From the human T2T-CHM13v2.0 reference genome, Homo sapiens, in NCBI RefSeq assembly GCF_009914755.1, contig NC_060941.1: a stretch of 64,000 nucleotides of DNA; one strand, 5' to 3'. Both the position numbers and the translations under genes were made by a program. Shown one piece after another: positions 43,955-60,899 of the stretch; position 1 is the first letter of the stretch, and every line of letters starts with the position of its first letter. The notes beneath the pieces are model-generated. The model saw only the letters and a list, made by a program, of their open reading frames with translations. It did not search any database and had not been told where the DNA came from.

Positions 43955-46135
43955 AAGTGTGCGACCTAACAACTACAGAATACACAGTTTTTCAAGTGCA
44001 TATGGAATACTCTGGGCCATAACAAATGTCTCTACAAATTTTTAAAGATTCTAGTTATACAAAGTATGTTTTCTGACCACAATAGAATCAATTTGAAATC
44101 AATAATAGAGCAGTATTGGGAAAGTCCCTAAATACTTGTGGACTAAATAACACAGTTCTAAATAATGATGGGTCAAAGAAGGAATCAAAAAGGAAATTAA
44201 AAAGCATTTCCAGCTAAATAAAAACACAGCATATCAAAACGTGTTGGGTGCTGCCAAAGTAGTACTTGGAGGTAAACGTGTAACACTAAACACCTGCATT
44301 AGAAAAGATGGAAAGTTTCAAGTCATTCAGATCAATGATCTCAGCCTCCACCTTAAAAAACTAGAAAAAGAAGGGCCAATTAAATCCAAAGTAAGCAAAA
44401 CAAAGTAATAAAAAAGATCAGAGCAAAAGCCAGTGGGATTAGAAGCAGAGCAACAATAGAGAAAATTAGTAAAACCAAAAGCCAGTTCCTTAAGAAGATG
44501 CATTCTAGATAGACTGATCAGGAAAAAAAGAGTGAAGACAAAAATTACCAATAGAGGTAGCATTCATCAATTCTACAGATATTAAAAAGATAATGGGAAA
44601 ATATCATGAATGACTATATTCCAATAAATTTGACATCTTAGATGAAACGTATAACTTCTTGGAAAAATCTAAAGTACAAATTATCAGTTGAGAAGTACTA
44701 GGTCATTTGAAGAGCCCAAAATCTATTAAAGAAATTGAATTATTTGTTTGTTTTTAAATAAAAAGTCTTCTCACAAAGAAAACTCCAGGCCCAAATGACT
44801 TCATTTGTAAATTCTACCAAACACTTAAGGGAGAAATAATATGAATTCAACTGAAACTCTCAGAAAATTTAAAAGATTATTCTTAACTTATTTTATTAGG
44901 CCAGCATTACCCTGATACCAAAAACAGATACAGACATTAAAGAAAAGAAAACTACAAATCAATATTTTTATGAATATAGATTCCAAAATTTCTTATAAAA
45001 TTTTAGCAAATTTAATCCAACAATATATTAAAAGAATAATATATGATAACCAAGTAAAATTTATCCAAGCATGCAAAATGGTTAAGCATTTTTTTAAAAA
45101 AAACAATTATTTATCATGACAACAAACACTTAAAAAGTAAAACTCTACGATCATTTCAATAGAGGCAGAAAAAGCATTTGACAAAATCCAACATCAATTC
45201 CTGATTTAAAAAAAAAAAAAACCCTAGGAATAGAAGAATATTTCCTCAATCCAATAAAGGAACGAGGCAAAGATGACTGCTTTCACCATTTTTAGTAAAC
45301 ATTCCACTGAAGGTTCTAATCAGTGAAGTAAGTCAAGAAAAAGATAAAAGGCATCCAGAGTGGAAAGGAAGAATTGAAATTGTCTTTATTTGCACACGAC
45401 ATTATTGTCTGTGGAAAAACGTTTTATGAAAATCTACCGAAAAAAGCAGGATAACTAAAAAGCGACTTTAGCAAGGTTGTAGGATATAGTCAAAATTCAG
45501 AAATCAACTCTATTTCTATATACTAGTAACAATCAGAAAGAGAAACTAAGAAATAATATTACAATAGCATCAAAACATGAAATAAATAGAGATAAATCTG
45601 ACAAAAGACATACAAGACGTGTACACTGAAAACTGTAAAACATTCATGAGAAACATTAAAGATGACCTAAATAAAAGGAGAGATATATTGTGTTCATAGA
45701 CAAAAAGACTCAATACTGTTAAGACGTTAATTCTCCCCAAAATGAACTTTAAATTCAATACAATCCCAGTTAAAATTCCAGCAAGCTTTTTAAAAGAGAA
45801 GCTACCAAAATGAATCAGAAATTCATATGAAAATGCAAAAGACGTGGGGGGGTCAAAACAACTTTGAAAATGAAGAACAAAGTTGGAGGGCTAATATTTT
45901 CTAATTTCAAGAGTTATTATAAAGCTACAGCCATCAACACACTATGGTGTTACAAACAGATCAACAGAACAGAATACAGAATCCAAAAATAAGTGAACAC
46001 ACATACGGATAATTGAATTTTGACAAACGTGCAAAAGCAATTCAATGGATAAAGGATAGTCTTTTTAACAAGCAGTGCTAGAACAATTGGATGTACATGT
46101 GCAAAAAAATGAACTTTGATGTTTCTCTTGCACCA
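43955..46135 (+). mobile_element. L1M ORF2 fragment (degraded)
   Basis: gcagaaaaagcatttgacaaaatccaaca, aaattctaccaaaca, cattaccctgataccaaaa. Confidence 0.88.
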
Positions 46136-46357
46136 TATTATGAATGTTTGTGTTCCTTAAAATTTATATTTTGAAGCCTTAATCCCCAATGTGATGGTAT
46201 TTGGAGATGAAGTCTTTAGGAAGTGATTAGGTTAAGATGAGATCGTGAGGATGGGGCCCCCATAATAAGATTAGTGCCCTTATCAGCTGAAAGAGGAAGA
46301 GACCAGAGCTCACTCTCTCTCTTTGCTATGTGAATATACAACAAGAAGGCTTCCGCT
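46136..46357 (+). mobile_element. MaLR LTR 5' part (MLT1A/MST-like)
   Basis: tgaatgtttgtgt.cc..aaaatt.ata..ttgaagcc.taatccccaatgtgatggtatttgga. Confidence 0.8.
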
Positions 46358-46498
46358 GACAGTGGAAGACAGCTTTAGCAGGAACTAGTGGGAGCAATAG
46401 CAGGACCAAATAAACCAAACCGACCAAAATAACACCACAGAAGTTCTGAAAGTTAAACCATCACTGGAACTGTATCCCACAAAAAGTAAGTTAGGACC

Positions 46499-46744
46499 CA
46501 GTGTGTGATGTCCCCCTTCCTGTGTCCAAATGTTCTCATTGTTCAGTTCCCACCTATGAGTAAGAACATGCGGTGTTTGTTTTTTTGTCCTTGCAATAGT
46601 TTGCTGAGTTGGGGGGAGGGGGGAGGGATAGCATTAGGAGATATACCTAATGTAAATGACGAGTTAGTGGGCACAGGACACCAACATGGCACATGTATAC
46701 ATATGTAACAAACCTGCACATTGTGCACATGTACCCTAGAACTT

Positions 46745-46827
<83 letters not shown>
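46499..46827 (+). mobile_element. Short L1PA with 5' inversion, poly-A and (TA)n tail
   Basis: 46499-46608 antisense, 46610-46749 sense; TSD agtaagttaggacc. Confidence 0.95.
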
Positions 46828-46831
<4 letters not shown>

Positions 46832-47380
46832 AGTTAGGACCAGCATGCTAATCCTAAACAGAGTGGCACCTGTTAAAATAAAAAATTCAAATACGACCCA
46901 GTGTCTCCTAACATAAATGATGACATGTGCAGGCTATAACCAAAAATGACTCATCCCACCAAGAACCACAAAAACCACAATTTGAGTAAGAAAAGACAAC
47001 CAACTGATGCCAACAGTGAGATGAGTCATATGGCAGGATTCTCTGACAAGGATTTTAAAGGAGCCATCACAAAGATCCATCAATGGTAAATTACAAATTC
47101 TCTTGAAACAAATGAGAAAACAAAAACAAAAACAAATCTCAGTTTTAAAAGGTTATTTAAGGCCGGGAGCCTTAAATACGACAGAATTGTAACAGGAAAA
47201 TCTCTAAATAGGTGGAAATTAAAATAATTTAAACTTCTCAATAATCTATAAGACAAAGAAGTCTCAATAGACTAAATGAAAATAAAAATACAACACAACA
47301 AAATATGTGGAATGCAGATAAAGCAGCCCTGAGAGGGAATTTAATGGCACTGAATGCTTACACAAGAAATGAGGAAAAAC

Positions 47381-47701
<321 letters not shown>

Positions 47702-47937
47702 TCAATAATATAAGTTGCTACCTCAAGAAACTTGGGGGGAAAAAAAAGAGCAAAATAAACTCAGAGCAGGAATAAGAGAGGAAATAAAGATTACAGCAGA
47801 ACTCAATGAAATCAAAAACAGGAAAACAATAGAGAAAAATCTGCTTCTTCAAAAACATCAATAAAATTTGCAAATCTTTAGAAAGATTGACAAAAATGAA
47901 AGAAAACACAAATCACCAATATCAAGAGTGAAATAGG

Positions 47938-48076
47938 GGCCAGGTGCGGTGGTGGCTCATGCTTGTAATCCCAGCACTTTGGGAGGCCGAGGTGGGCGGA
48001 TCACGAGGTTGGGAGTTCAAGACTAGCCTGTCCAACGCAGGGAAACCCAAAAAAAAAAAAAAAAAAAAAAAAAAAA
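47938..48076 (+). mobile_element. Alu 5' fragment joined to poly-A
   Basis: First ~110 nt of Alu then A28; no TSD. Confidence 0.85.
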
Positions 48077-48234
48077 CACCAGATTAATATCTCTCATGAA
48101 TTTGATGCAAAAATTTTCAACAAAGTATTAGCAAGGTCAACCTAAAAATGTATGAAGGTCATTATAAGTTATGACCAAGTGGTATTTATCCCAGGTGTGA
48201 AAGGTTGGTTTAACATTTGAAATATCAATCAATA

Positions 48235-48532
48235 GGCCAGGTGCAGTGGCTCATGCCTGCAATTCCAGTACTTTGGGAGGCCGAGGCAGGCAGTTTGCTT
48301 GAGCTCAGGAGTTTGAGACCAGCCTGGGCAACGTGGCAAAACCTCATCTCTACAAAAAATACAAAAAAATTAGCAATGCGTGATGGTGCATGCCTGGAGT
48401 CCCAGCTACTTGGGAGGCTGAGGTGGGAGGTTGCTTGAGCCTGGGAGGTGGAGGTTGCAATGAGCCATGCACTCCAGTCTAGGCAACAGAGGGAGATCCT
48501 GTCTTAAAAGAAAAATGAATAAATAAATAAAT
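48235..48532 (+). mobile_element. AluJ-like
   Basis: ttgcttgagc motifs; TSD-like aatcaata. Confidence 0.9.
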
Positions 48533-49015
48533 AATCAATATAATCTGCCCTATTAACAAGATAAAGAAGAAAAACTGCGTAATCATATCAATTAATTCAG
48601 AAAAAGCATTTGAGAAAATCCAACACTCATTCTTAATTTTTTTAAGACCCCAAAAGTTAGGAACTTGATGAAAACCTCTATGAAGAAACCCGATAGCTAA
48701 CGTAATAATTAATGGTTAAAGACATTATACTTTCTCCCTAAGATACAGGAACAAGAAAAGAATGTCTTTTCTCACCTCTCTGATTTGACATAGCACTAGT
48801 TCTAGATACTGCATAAGGCAGGAAAAGAAAAACATACAAAAGACATACAGGTTGCAATGGAAGAGGTAAAACTGCCTCTATTTGCAGATGACATGATTAT
48901 GTATGTACAAAAGCTCAAGGAATCAACAAAAATACTCTAGAATCAATAAAGGAGTTCAGCAAGTTTGCAGGATAAAAGATCAAAACACAAAGACCGATTG
49001 CATCTTTATATATTA

Positions 49016-49144
<129 letters not shown>

Positions 49145-49163
49145 TTATCAATGAAAACAGCCA

Positions 49164-50658
49164 GCTCCCGCTCCCGCTCCCGCTCCCTCTCCTTCTCCCC
49201 ACGGTCTCCCTCTCCCCACGGTCTCCCTCTCTTTCCACGGTCTCCCTCTGATGCCGAGCCGAAGCTGGACTGTACTGCCGCCATCTCAACTCACTGCAAC
49301 CTCCCTGCCTGATTCTCCTGCCTCAGCCTGCCGAGTGCCTGCGATTGCAGGCGCGCGCCACCACACCTGACTGGTTTTCGTATTTTTTTGGTGGAGACGG
49401 GGTTTCGCTGTGTTGGCCGGGCTGGTCTCCAGCTCCTAACCGGAGTGATCCACCAGCCTCGGCCTCCCGAGGTGCCAGGATTGCAGACAGAGTCTCATTC
49501 ACTCAGTGCTCAATGGTGCCCAGGCTGGAGTGCAGTGGCGTGATCTCGGCTCGCTACAACCTCTACCTCCCAGCCGCCTGCCTTGGCCTCCCAAAGTGCC
49601 GAGATTGCAGCCTCTGCCCGGCCGCCACCCCGTCTGGGATATGAGGAGCGTCTCTGCCCAGCCGCCATCCCATCTAGGAAGTGAGGAGCGCCTCTTCCCG
49701 GCCACCATCCCATCTAGGAAGTGAGGAGCGTCTCTGCTCAGCCGCCCATCGTCTGAGATGTGGGGAGCGCCTCTGCCCCGCCGCCCCATCTGGGATGTGA
49801 GGAGCGTCTCTGCCCGGCCGCCCCATCTGAGAAGTGAGGAGACCCTCTGCCTGGCAACCGCCCCATCTGAGAAGTGAGGAGCCCCTCCGCCTGGCAGCCA
49901 CCCCGTCTGGGAAGTGAGGAGCGTCTCCGCCCGGCAGCCACCCCGTCCGGGAGGGAGGTGGGGGGGTCAGCCCCCCGCCCGGCCAGCCGCCCCGTCCGGG
50001 AGGTGAGGGGCGCCTCTGCCCGGCCGCCCCTACTGGGAAGTGAGGAGCCCCTCTGCCCGGCCACCACCCCGTCTGGGAGGTGTGCCCAACAGCTCATTGA
50101 GAACGGGCCAGGATGACAATGGCGGTTTTGTGGAATAGAAAGGGGGGAAAGGTGGGGAAGAGATTGAGAAATCGGATGGTTGCCGTGTCTGTGTAGAAAG
50201 AAGTAGACATGGGAGACTTTTCATTTTGTTCTGTACTAAGAAAAATTCTTCTGCCTTGGGATCCTGTTGATCTGTGACCTTACCCCCAACCCTGTGCTCT
50301 CTGAAACATGTGCTGTGTCCACTCAGGGTTAAATGGATTAAGGGCGGTGCAAGATGTGCTTTGTTAAACAGATGCTTGAAGACAGCATGCTCGTTAAGAG
50401 TCATCACCACTCCCTAATCTCAAGTACCCAGGGACACAAACACTGCGGAAGGCCTCAGGGTCCTCTGCCTAGGAAAACCAGAGACCTTTGTTCACTTGTT
50501 TATCTGCTGACCTTCCCTTCACTATTGTCCTATGACCCTGCCAAATCCCCCTCTGCGAGAAACACCCAAGAATGATCAATAAAAAAAAATAAAAAAATAA
50601 AAATAAAAAAAAAGAACTGAATAAACATACCACATTTAAATTAAAAAAAAAAAAAAAA
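49164..50658 (+). mobile_element. Full-length SVA retrotransposon with short 3' transduction
   Basis: Hexamer-like (CTCCCG)3, Alu-like domain, GC-rich VNTR (~49610-50080), SINE-R ending aagaatgatcaataaa; TSD gaaaacagcca (49153-49163 / 50659-50669). Confidence 0.97.
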
Positions 50659-51569
50659 GAAAACAGCCAATGCCAAAGAGAAAGATAGGACGAAAATGCC
50701 CTATTCCATGGAACAATTAAAAAAAAATTAACAACTACTTATTCCAATCACTAAAAGTGGATGACCAGACGTTATGGACCTCCTGATATGATGCAACAGG
50801 AAGGACCATTAGGAAGTGTTCCTGGAAAAAAAAGTTTTAAGAATAAGTCAACCACCACTAGGAAACAATTAACCAAATTCAGAATATGGGAAATTCTATA
50901 TAACAAATGAACTACTTTAGTCAATAAACAAATGGCATTTAAAAAAAGAAAGGGGTCTTTCTTTAAAAGTTAAAAGATACTTTAAAAAACTGAAACAAGA
51001 CCAAAAATATGCAATGTATAGACTCTGTGTGGATACTGATTTAAGCGAATTAACTATAAAAATTTTTAAGCACCTGGCAAACTTTGAACGTGGAGTAGAC
51101 ATAAGATATTAAGAAACATTGTTAGGTATGATAATGACATTGTAGTTTATGTTTAAAGTCATTGAGATTTATAATAAAGTATCCAGGGATGAAATAAAAA
51201 AAAAAAAAAACAATGAATACACAGAAACTGAAATTAAAAGCATAATGTCATTTACAACTACTTCGAAGATAATGAAATACTTAGGTATATATTAAACAAA
51301 ACATGTACAGAATCTGTATATGAAAAATTACAAAATCCTGATGAAAGACATCAAAGAAAATCTAAATAAACAGAGATGCTGTGTTCATGTATTAGAAAAT
51401 TCGGCATCTTAAAGGTATTCATTCTCCCTGCATTGTTCTACAGGTTTAATGCAATTTCCATTGAAATCCCAGCAAGGTTTTAGTGGACATAGACAAGCTT
51501 ATTCTAAAATTTATTTGAAAAGGCACAGATTCTAAAATAGCTAAAAGTCTTCTAAAGAAGAATAGAGTG

Positions 51570-51938
<369 letters not shown>

Positions 51939-52128
51939 TCAATGGAACAGAAAAGAGAATCTAGAAATAGACCCACAAAAATATACTCAACTGACTTGTG
52001 ACAAAGGTGCCGAAGCAATTCAGGGAAGAAAAGACATGCATTGGCAAAATATTGAGCCTCAACCTAAACTTCATCATATACAAAATATAAAGTCTATACA
52101 GAAATAAACTCTAAACTTATGGAGGTGA

Positions 52129-52440
<312 letters not shown>

Positions 52441-53299
52441 GAGTTTGGGGTTTAATGTAAAATGCAGAACTATAAGACTTTTAGAAAACAATGGAGAAAG
52501 TCTGCAGAATACAAGGCTAGGCAAAAAAAAATTGTTGGAGTTGACACCAGAAGCATGATACAGAAAATTGATACAGAAAAAATTTATGTTGGACTCCACC
52601 AAAATTGAAAGTTTTTGCTTTGTGAAAGACTTTGTTTAAAGGATAAATAGACAAGATACATACTGTCTTTGCACATAATGTATTCAAGAAAGGACTGTTG
52701 TCTATAATATATAAAAGAATTTCAAAACTCTACAGTAAAAAACAAATACGCAATCCACTTAGAAAAGGAACAAAAGACATTATTAGACATTTCATCAAAG
52801 AAGATATATAGATAGCAAATGAGCACATGAAAAGATGTTCACCATCATTAGCCATTGGGGAAATGCAAATTAAAACCACAGTGAGATATCACCAAACATC
52901 CATCATCACAACGGCTACAATTAAAAAACAGTGACAAAATATAAAGTTCATACAGACCAACACCAGTGCTGGCAAGGAGCTGGAGAAACTAGCTATCTCG
53001 TGCATTGCTGCTGGAAATGTAAAACAGTACAGCCACCCTAGAAAACAATGTAGCAGTTTCTTATAAAATTAAGCATGCAACCACCACACAACCTAGCAAT
53101 TGCACTCTTAGACATTTATCCCAGAGAAATGAAAATGTGTTCACACGGAAACCTGTACATACATGTTCACAGCAGCCTTATGCATAACAGCCAAAAACTG
53201 GAATCAATCAACCCAGATGTCCTTCAACAGATGAGTGGAAAAACAAGCTGGTACATTTATAACATGGAATTCCACTGGACAATAAAAAGCAGTGAATTT

Positions 53300-53918
<619 letters not shown>

Positions 53919-54509
53919 AAGCAGTGAATTACTGATTATAGGCAACATCTTGGAAGAATCTCCAGGAAATCATGATGAATGATAAGATCCAGCGCCAAGA
54001 GGGCATATACTGCATGGTTCCATTTATATTACATTTTTGAAATGACAAAGTTTTAGAAATAGAGAAAAAATGAGTGATTGCCTGGGGTTAGGAATGGGGG
54101 AAGAACAGGAGAAGGGATCTATACTTACGGAAAGACAAGACAGGGATCATGGTTCCGATGGAATTGCTCAGGATCTTGGCTATAGTGGTATCGAAACTCC
54201 ACATGTGATAAAATTGTGTATAACTAAATACACACACAGACACACAAATTAGTACATCTAAAACTGGGGAAACCAGAATAATATTGATAAATTAGATCAA
54301 TGTCAACATCCAGTCTTTGATATTGTACCATAATTTTACAAATTGTTATTATAGGAGAAAAATGAGTCTTAAAAAGTCTTAAACGGTCTTAAGATCGCTT
54401 AAAAAGTCTTAAAAAGATCTTACATGAGATCTCTCCATATTATTTCTTAAAACTGCATGTGATTCTACAATTACCTGAATAAAAATTTCAATTAAAAAAA
54501 TTAAACATA

Positions 54510-54844
<335 letters not shown>

Positions 54845-54941
54845 TTATTGTGCCTCAATAAAGAAAAGAATAAATGGATGAGTATATGAATGAGTAAACA
54901 AATCAAGAATGGATGTATACATTTAAAAATTGACAAAGGAG

Positions 54942-55105
54942 GCTGGGTGCGGTGGCTCACACCTGTAATCCCAGCACTTTAGGAGTCTGAGGTGGGAGGA
55001 TCACTTGAGCTCAGGAGTTTGAGACCAGCCAGGGCAACACAGGGAGACCCCATTTCTATAAAAAATACAAAAATTAGCCAGGCACGGTGATACGCACCTG
55101 TAGTC
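54942..55105 (+). mobile_element. AluJ-like, 3'-truncated
   Basis: Ends at cctgtagtcc with no tail. Confidence 0.88.
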
Positions 55106-56885
55106 CTGTGTGGGGCAGGAGGGGTGCTCCAAGAAGGGGAACAGGCTGAGCGTCTACACCAGAGCTGGCACCAGGGCACGGATGCCTTGTCTGGAGGCCA
55201 CCCACTCCCATAACACAATTCTGAGAATGCCGCAGTCCCATCCTGGCCTCTGGCCTCGTAATGTTAACGCTGGATCCTGGTCTCCTATTTTTATTCAGTC
55301 TATGTATTATGTCCTGCTGAATGAGTGGAATATGAAAATAACTTTTTATTTCCCTTAAGACGGCATATCCGGAGCTAGCTCCTATCTCAAGGAAATCCTT
55401 TGCTGGGGGAGTCTGCAGCTTAGAGGGGGAAGCGCCCTTCTGTGGAAAAGATGGGCTTGAGAGGCGGCAGGGCACTGTGGGGAGTCCCCTGGCTCTGGAG
55501 CCGGGCTGCCCAGTTGCCCAACACCAGGGCGGTCACAGTCCTCCTAACCTCTCTGGGCCTCGCAGGACAAACCCGCCTCTGTTGCACAATAAACCCAGTA
55601 ATACAGGCCAAGTACCTAGCACAGTGTCTGGCTCATCACAAGCCCTTCAGACCCTCCAGATTGTGATGGGGTAGAAACCTGTGAACATCGTGAATATTCT
55701 CCCTGAGGAGGGGATATGACTAAGCAAGTTGTCGATTCTACCTCCATTGCTGAGAGCTGACAGCATCCCAGCATCAGGTTTCTCGTTTGAGCACCTAGCT
55801 GGGGGTGTTCCGGTGCAGAGGACCTGGAGTTCAGTTTGAGACATGCAGTCTGCGATCCAGACAAGGCATTGATCGTGAGGAATGAGCTGCCGGGTTCTCC
55901 AGCAGAGGGAGAGGGGCTGGGGACCGAGGTGTCATGAGTGGAGTGATAACCGCTGTCTCTGTCCCTTCCCTAAGCTGTCTCCTCGCTGTTCTGGTGGCTC
56001 TGACCGCCCCAGTGGAAAAACTTTCTCCCTCCCAGCCAGGACCCACCAAAAGCCCTTGGGAGGCACTCAAATGTGCAACTTTTTTATAGTTCACATTTAT
56101 TCTACCGGGGAAATCAGCCCTCGACCGCAGCGGTGCCCAGGCATGAATCATCATGTCCATGGTGTACAGAAAATGCAGTAAGTCAGCAGTTACGGGGTGG
56201 GGCCCCAGGGTTTTCATCCACGAAGAGATTTTTCAATTTTATTAAAATCAATACGAGTTTTATTACAGTATAAATGAAATGAGGTCCCCTTGCTTCTGGG
56301 ATAACGAACCACATCGCCATGACAGCGGGGTAGGAGAACCCCTGCCTGAAAGAGACCCTCCTCGGGAAGGCGAGTGCTTTGATTCATGTGCCCAGAGTGG
56401 TGGCGACCCTGCAGGAGAGAGAAGAGCTGCAGCCAAGGAAACAGGTCTACTGGGAAATTTCCAGCAACATGCCAAGCCCCCCGCTCCGTGACTCCTTCCT
56501 GTGTTCTTGCAAATCTTTGTGAATCCTAGAAAAATCGTGACATAACAGGTGGGACAAAATTTTCCGTGGAAATCACAGGTAGAGTTGATTTCATCATTGA
56601 GGTTGGCTTGGTGCTGAGATTGTCCTTCTGTAGGAATGAAGGCAGGCACAGAGAGCAAGCTGGTGTGGAAGCATTCCGTAAACAAGTGCTGGTGGTTTTT
56701 ACCTTATTCTTGTAGTTACCATCCACAGCAATGGGTGCTCAGGTCCTATAAACAGGCTCTTGGGGAAAGAATAACAAGGGCCACCATCTCTAAGTTAATG
56801 GTCAAGACCCAAAGACAGTCCCCATGGAAACCAGAACAGAGATGATCACTGAACGCAGGAGAGAAGGCGTAAGAGGAGTCCGCCC

Positions 56886-57209
56886 ATGTGTACACACACA
56901 CACTGCACACTCACATCACACACATTGCACACTCAGATATATACACTCACATTGCACACTCATGTGCACACACATTGCACACTCACATGCATGCACACAT
57001 ACTGCACACTCATATGCACACACACATATTGGACACACATTGCACACTCATATGCATACACATTGCACACTCACATGTGCACACACATATTGGACACTCA
57101 GATTGCACATCATATGCATACCTACACATATTGCACACTCATGCACACACACATATTGGACACTCACATTGCACACACATGCATACCCACACATATTGCA
57201 ACCTCACAT

Positions 57210-57247
<38 letters not shown>
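56886..57247. repeat. CA-rich degenerate minisatellite ending in (AC)18
   Basis: Recurrent cacattgcacactca / catattggacac units. Confidence 0.93.
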
Positions 57248-57250
<3 letters not shown>

Positions 57251-57938
57251 TAAGCAGCTCTCTGGGCGGGTTGTGGAGGGGCCTCAGAGCCCAGTCTGGA
57301 GCCCCCGGTGCAGACATGGGGCAGGAAGGGGTGGAGTTCTTCTCCGGACAAGGCCCCAGGGCCTAGGTAGCTTGGCTTCCAGGGGTGGCCTAGCTCCCCA
57401 GGACAGCTGTGGGCAGTCTTCTGGCTCCTGCGGGAGCTTCCAGTACCCATCCCCTGGCCAGGACTTGAAGGGAACTGAGTTTGGATCAGAACCTCAGACT
57501 CCTCTAGTTTGAGCCCTGGAAGCTCGTCTCCTGGCTGTAGGGTTGTAGTCTCAGTCCTGACTGCTGAGATGTCCTGGCAGCCCTGGGAACTAGACCAAAG
57601 CTGCTTAATCGGGGTTCTGCAGTCATCATTTATCTGGAGGACAGGTTCTGCCACCTGGGGCCTGGTGCTGTAGAGGTGGCTGTCTCAAAGGCCTCAAAGC
57701 TGCTTCAAGTACTGAGGGAGAAGCTTCTGCTGGAGCTCTTGGAAAGCTACTGGGCTGGTTGTCCACATTCAGAGGGGCGTAGACATGCCCTTGTTTCATA
57801 GGGGCAGGCAGAGCCCAGACCCAGAGAATGGGGCATCCAGAGTGATCCAGGGGACACCGATTTCAGCCAGGAAAGGGACTTTGGTTGAGAAAGTGCCTGT
57901 GATGTGGATCCTACAAACCTTGGAGGATTTCCTCCCAA

Positions 57939-58329
<391 letters not shown>

Positions 58330-58564
58330 TAATTCTTGTCCTCGTCTACAGAGACACACATTTTTCTTCATTGGAATGATAATATGTACATGATTTTTAT
58401 CTACAGGTGGGGTTTTTTGTCTACTTAACAATACATAATAAATATTTTTCATTTTTCCATGCAGTTTTGATTAAATGTAATATCTGTAAAAAAATGGAAT
58501 AGTGAAGATGTTTCTCTGATTACTGAGTTTTTGTTATTGAATAAGGCTACACTGAACATCTTCA

Positions 58565-58885
<321 letters not shown>

Positions 58886-59124
58886 TCACTTAGAGTAACC
58901 CATTGTGCCCCCATCCATATCCCACATCCCACCCCCTAATCTTGCCGTGGTGACTTGTGACACGTGTCTGTTTGGAGGTAGGTGTTTCTGCTACTTTAGT
59001 AAGCATCAAATAGCACCTCAAGACTGCTTAATTTTAATTGCTCTGATTACTAGCAAGGCTAAACATTTTCCCAGGTGTTTGTTAACACACTGGATGCCCC
59101 TCATGTGAATAGCCTGCTTAAATG

Positions 59125-59287
59125 TGTTGTGGGGTGGAGGGACGGGGGAGGGATAGCATTAGGAGATATACCTAATGTAAATGGCGAGTTAATGGGTGCA
59201 GCACACCAACATGGCACATGTATACATATGTAACAAACCTGCACGTTGTGCACATGTACCCTAGAACTTAAAGTATAATAAAAAAAA
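59125..59287 (+). mobile_element. Short L1PA 3' end
   Basis: gggatagcattaggagatatacctaatg...gtaccctagaacttaaagtataataaaaaaa. Confidence 0.95.
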
Positions 59288-59953
59288 GTATTGTCTACTT
59301 ATCTATTGGGTCATAATACTTTCTCTCTCATACATTTTAATAAACTCTTTAAGTAACATTGCTATCAACTCTTCCTGTATCAAAGTTGGTGCAACTATCT
59401 TTTTCCATCTAGCATTTCATTACATTTTTTTTTTGACATATGGGAGTTTTTGTTTTGTTTTTGCTGTCTTCTGTCTGTTTTATCTTTTGTGGTTTCTTCT
59501 ATTGCTTCAAAGCTGACACTGGTCCTTCTTCGTAGAGGTAATAAATATTCCATTTTCTGCTAACTTTTCTATTTTTAAAAATAAATTTAGCTCTTTCATC
59601 CATCTGTAGTCTATTTCAGTGGAAGGGGGAAGCTCGATTAAAATTCTTCCATACTCTCTGGTTTCACAACATCATTTATTTTAAATTATTATTTTATAAA
59701 ACGTTCTAATGTCTAACAGGTTCGGCTGTGGGATTTACTCTTTTTTCTTAGACTGCCCTTTGAAATCCTCATCCGTTTGTTTTTCCTGAATCAGTTGTGT
59801 TCAGAGAAGTACTGTTGAGATTGATTTGGGGTAGGCTATGTTTGTGAATTCACCTAAGGTAGTGAGACATTTTCATAATACCAAATGTGCTTGTCTTGTC
59901 TCTCCCCACCCCCACTCTATTAGGATGTGCAACTTTCCTGATAAAGGTCAGGC

Positions 59954-60357
<404 letters not shown>

Positions 60358-60578
60358 TTATGTATGTAGTTTGCATTTGTCCTCTCCCTTAAACTCTTTA
60401 ATTTGTGAATTTGTACTGATTCTTTTGTATTCACTATCCATACAAATGTTCTCATGTTGTCCCTTTTTTCCCCCAAGTTATTTTATCTTGCCTTACTAAA
60501 TTGACTGGGATGTCCAAATAAGATTAAATCGCACCACTACCTTAAATCCTTTTAGGAACTTGGTAGGGTTTAAGTTAA

Positions 60579-60899
<321 letters not shown>

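Noticed and set aside
49345-50575. Cluster of overlapping GC-rich ORFs that looks CpG-island-like
   Set aside because: Entirely within the SVA
54365-54423. Short (gtcttaaaaa)-like tandem repeat
   Set aside because: Ordinary slippage repeat inside an L1 3' end; no further structure
56824-57512. His/Thr-rich ORFs of 121-208 aa
   Set aside because: Translation of CA-rich low-complexity DNA
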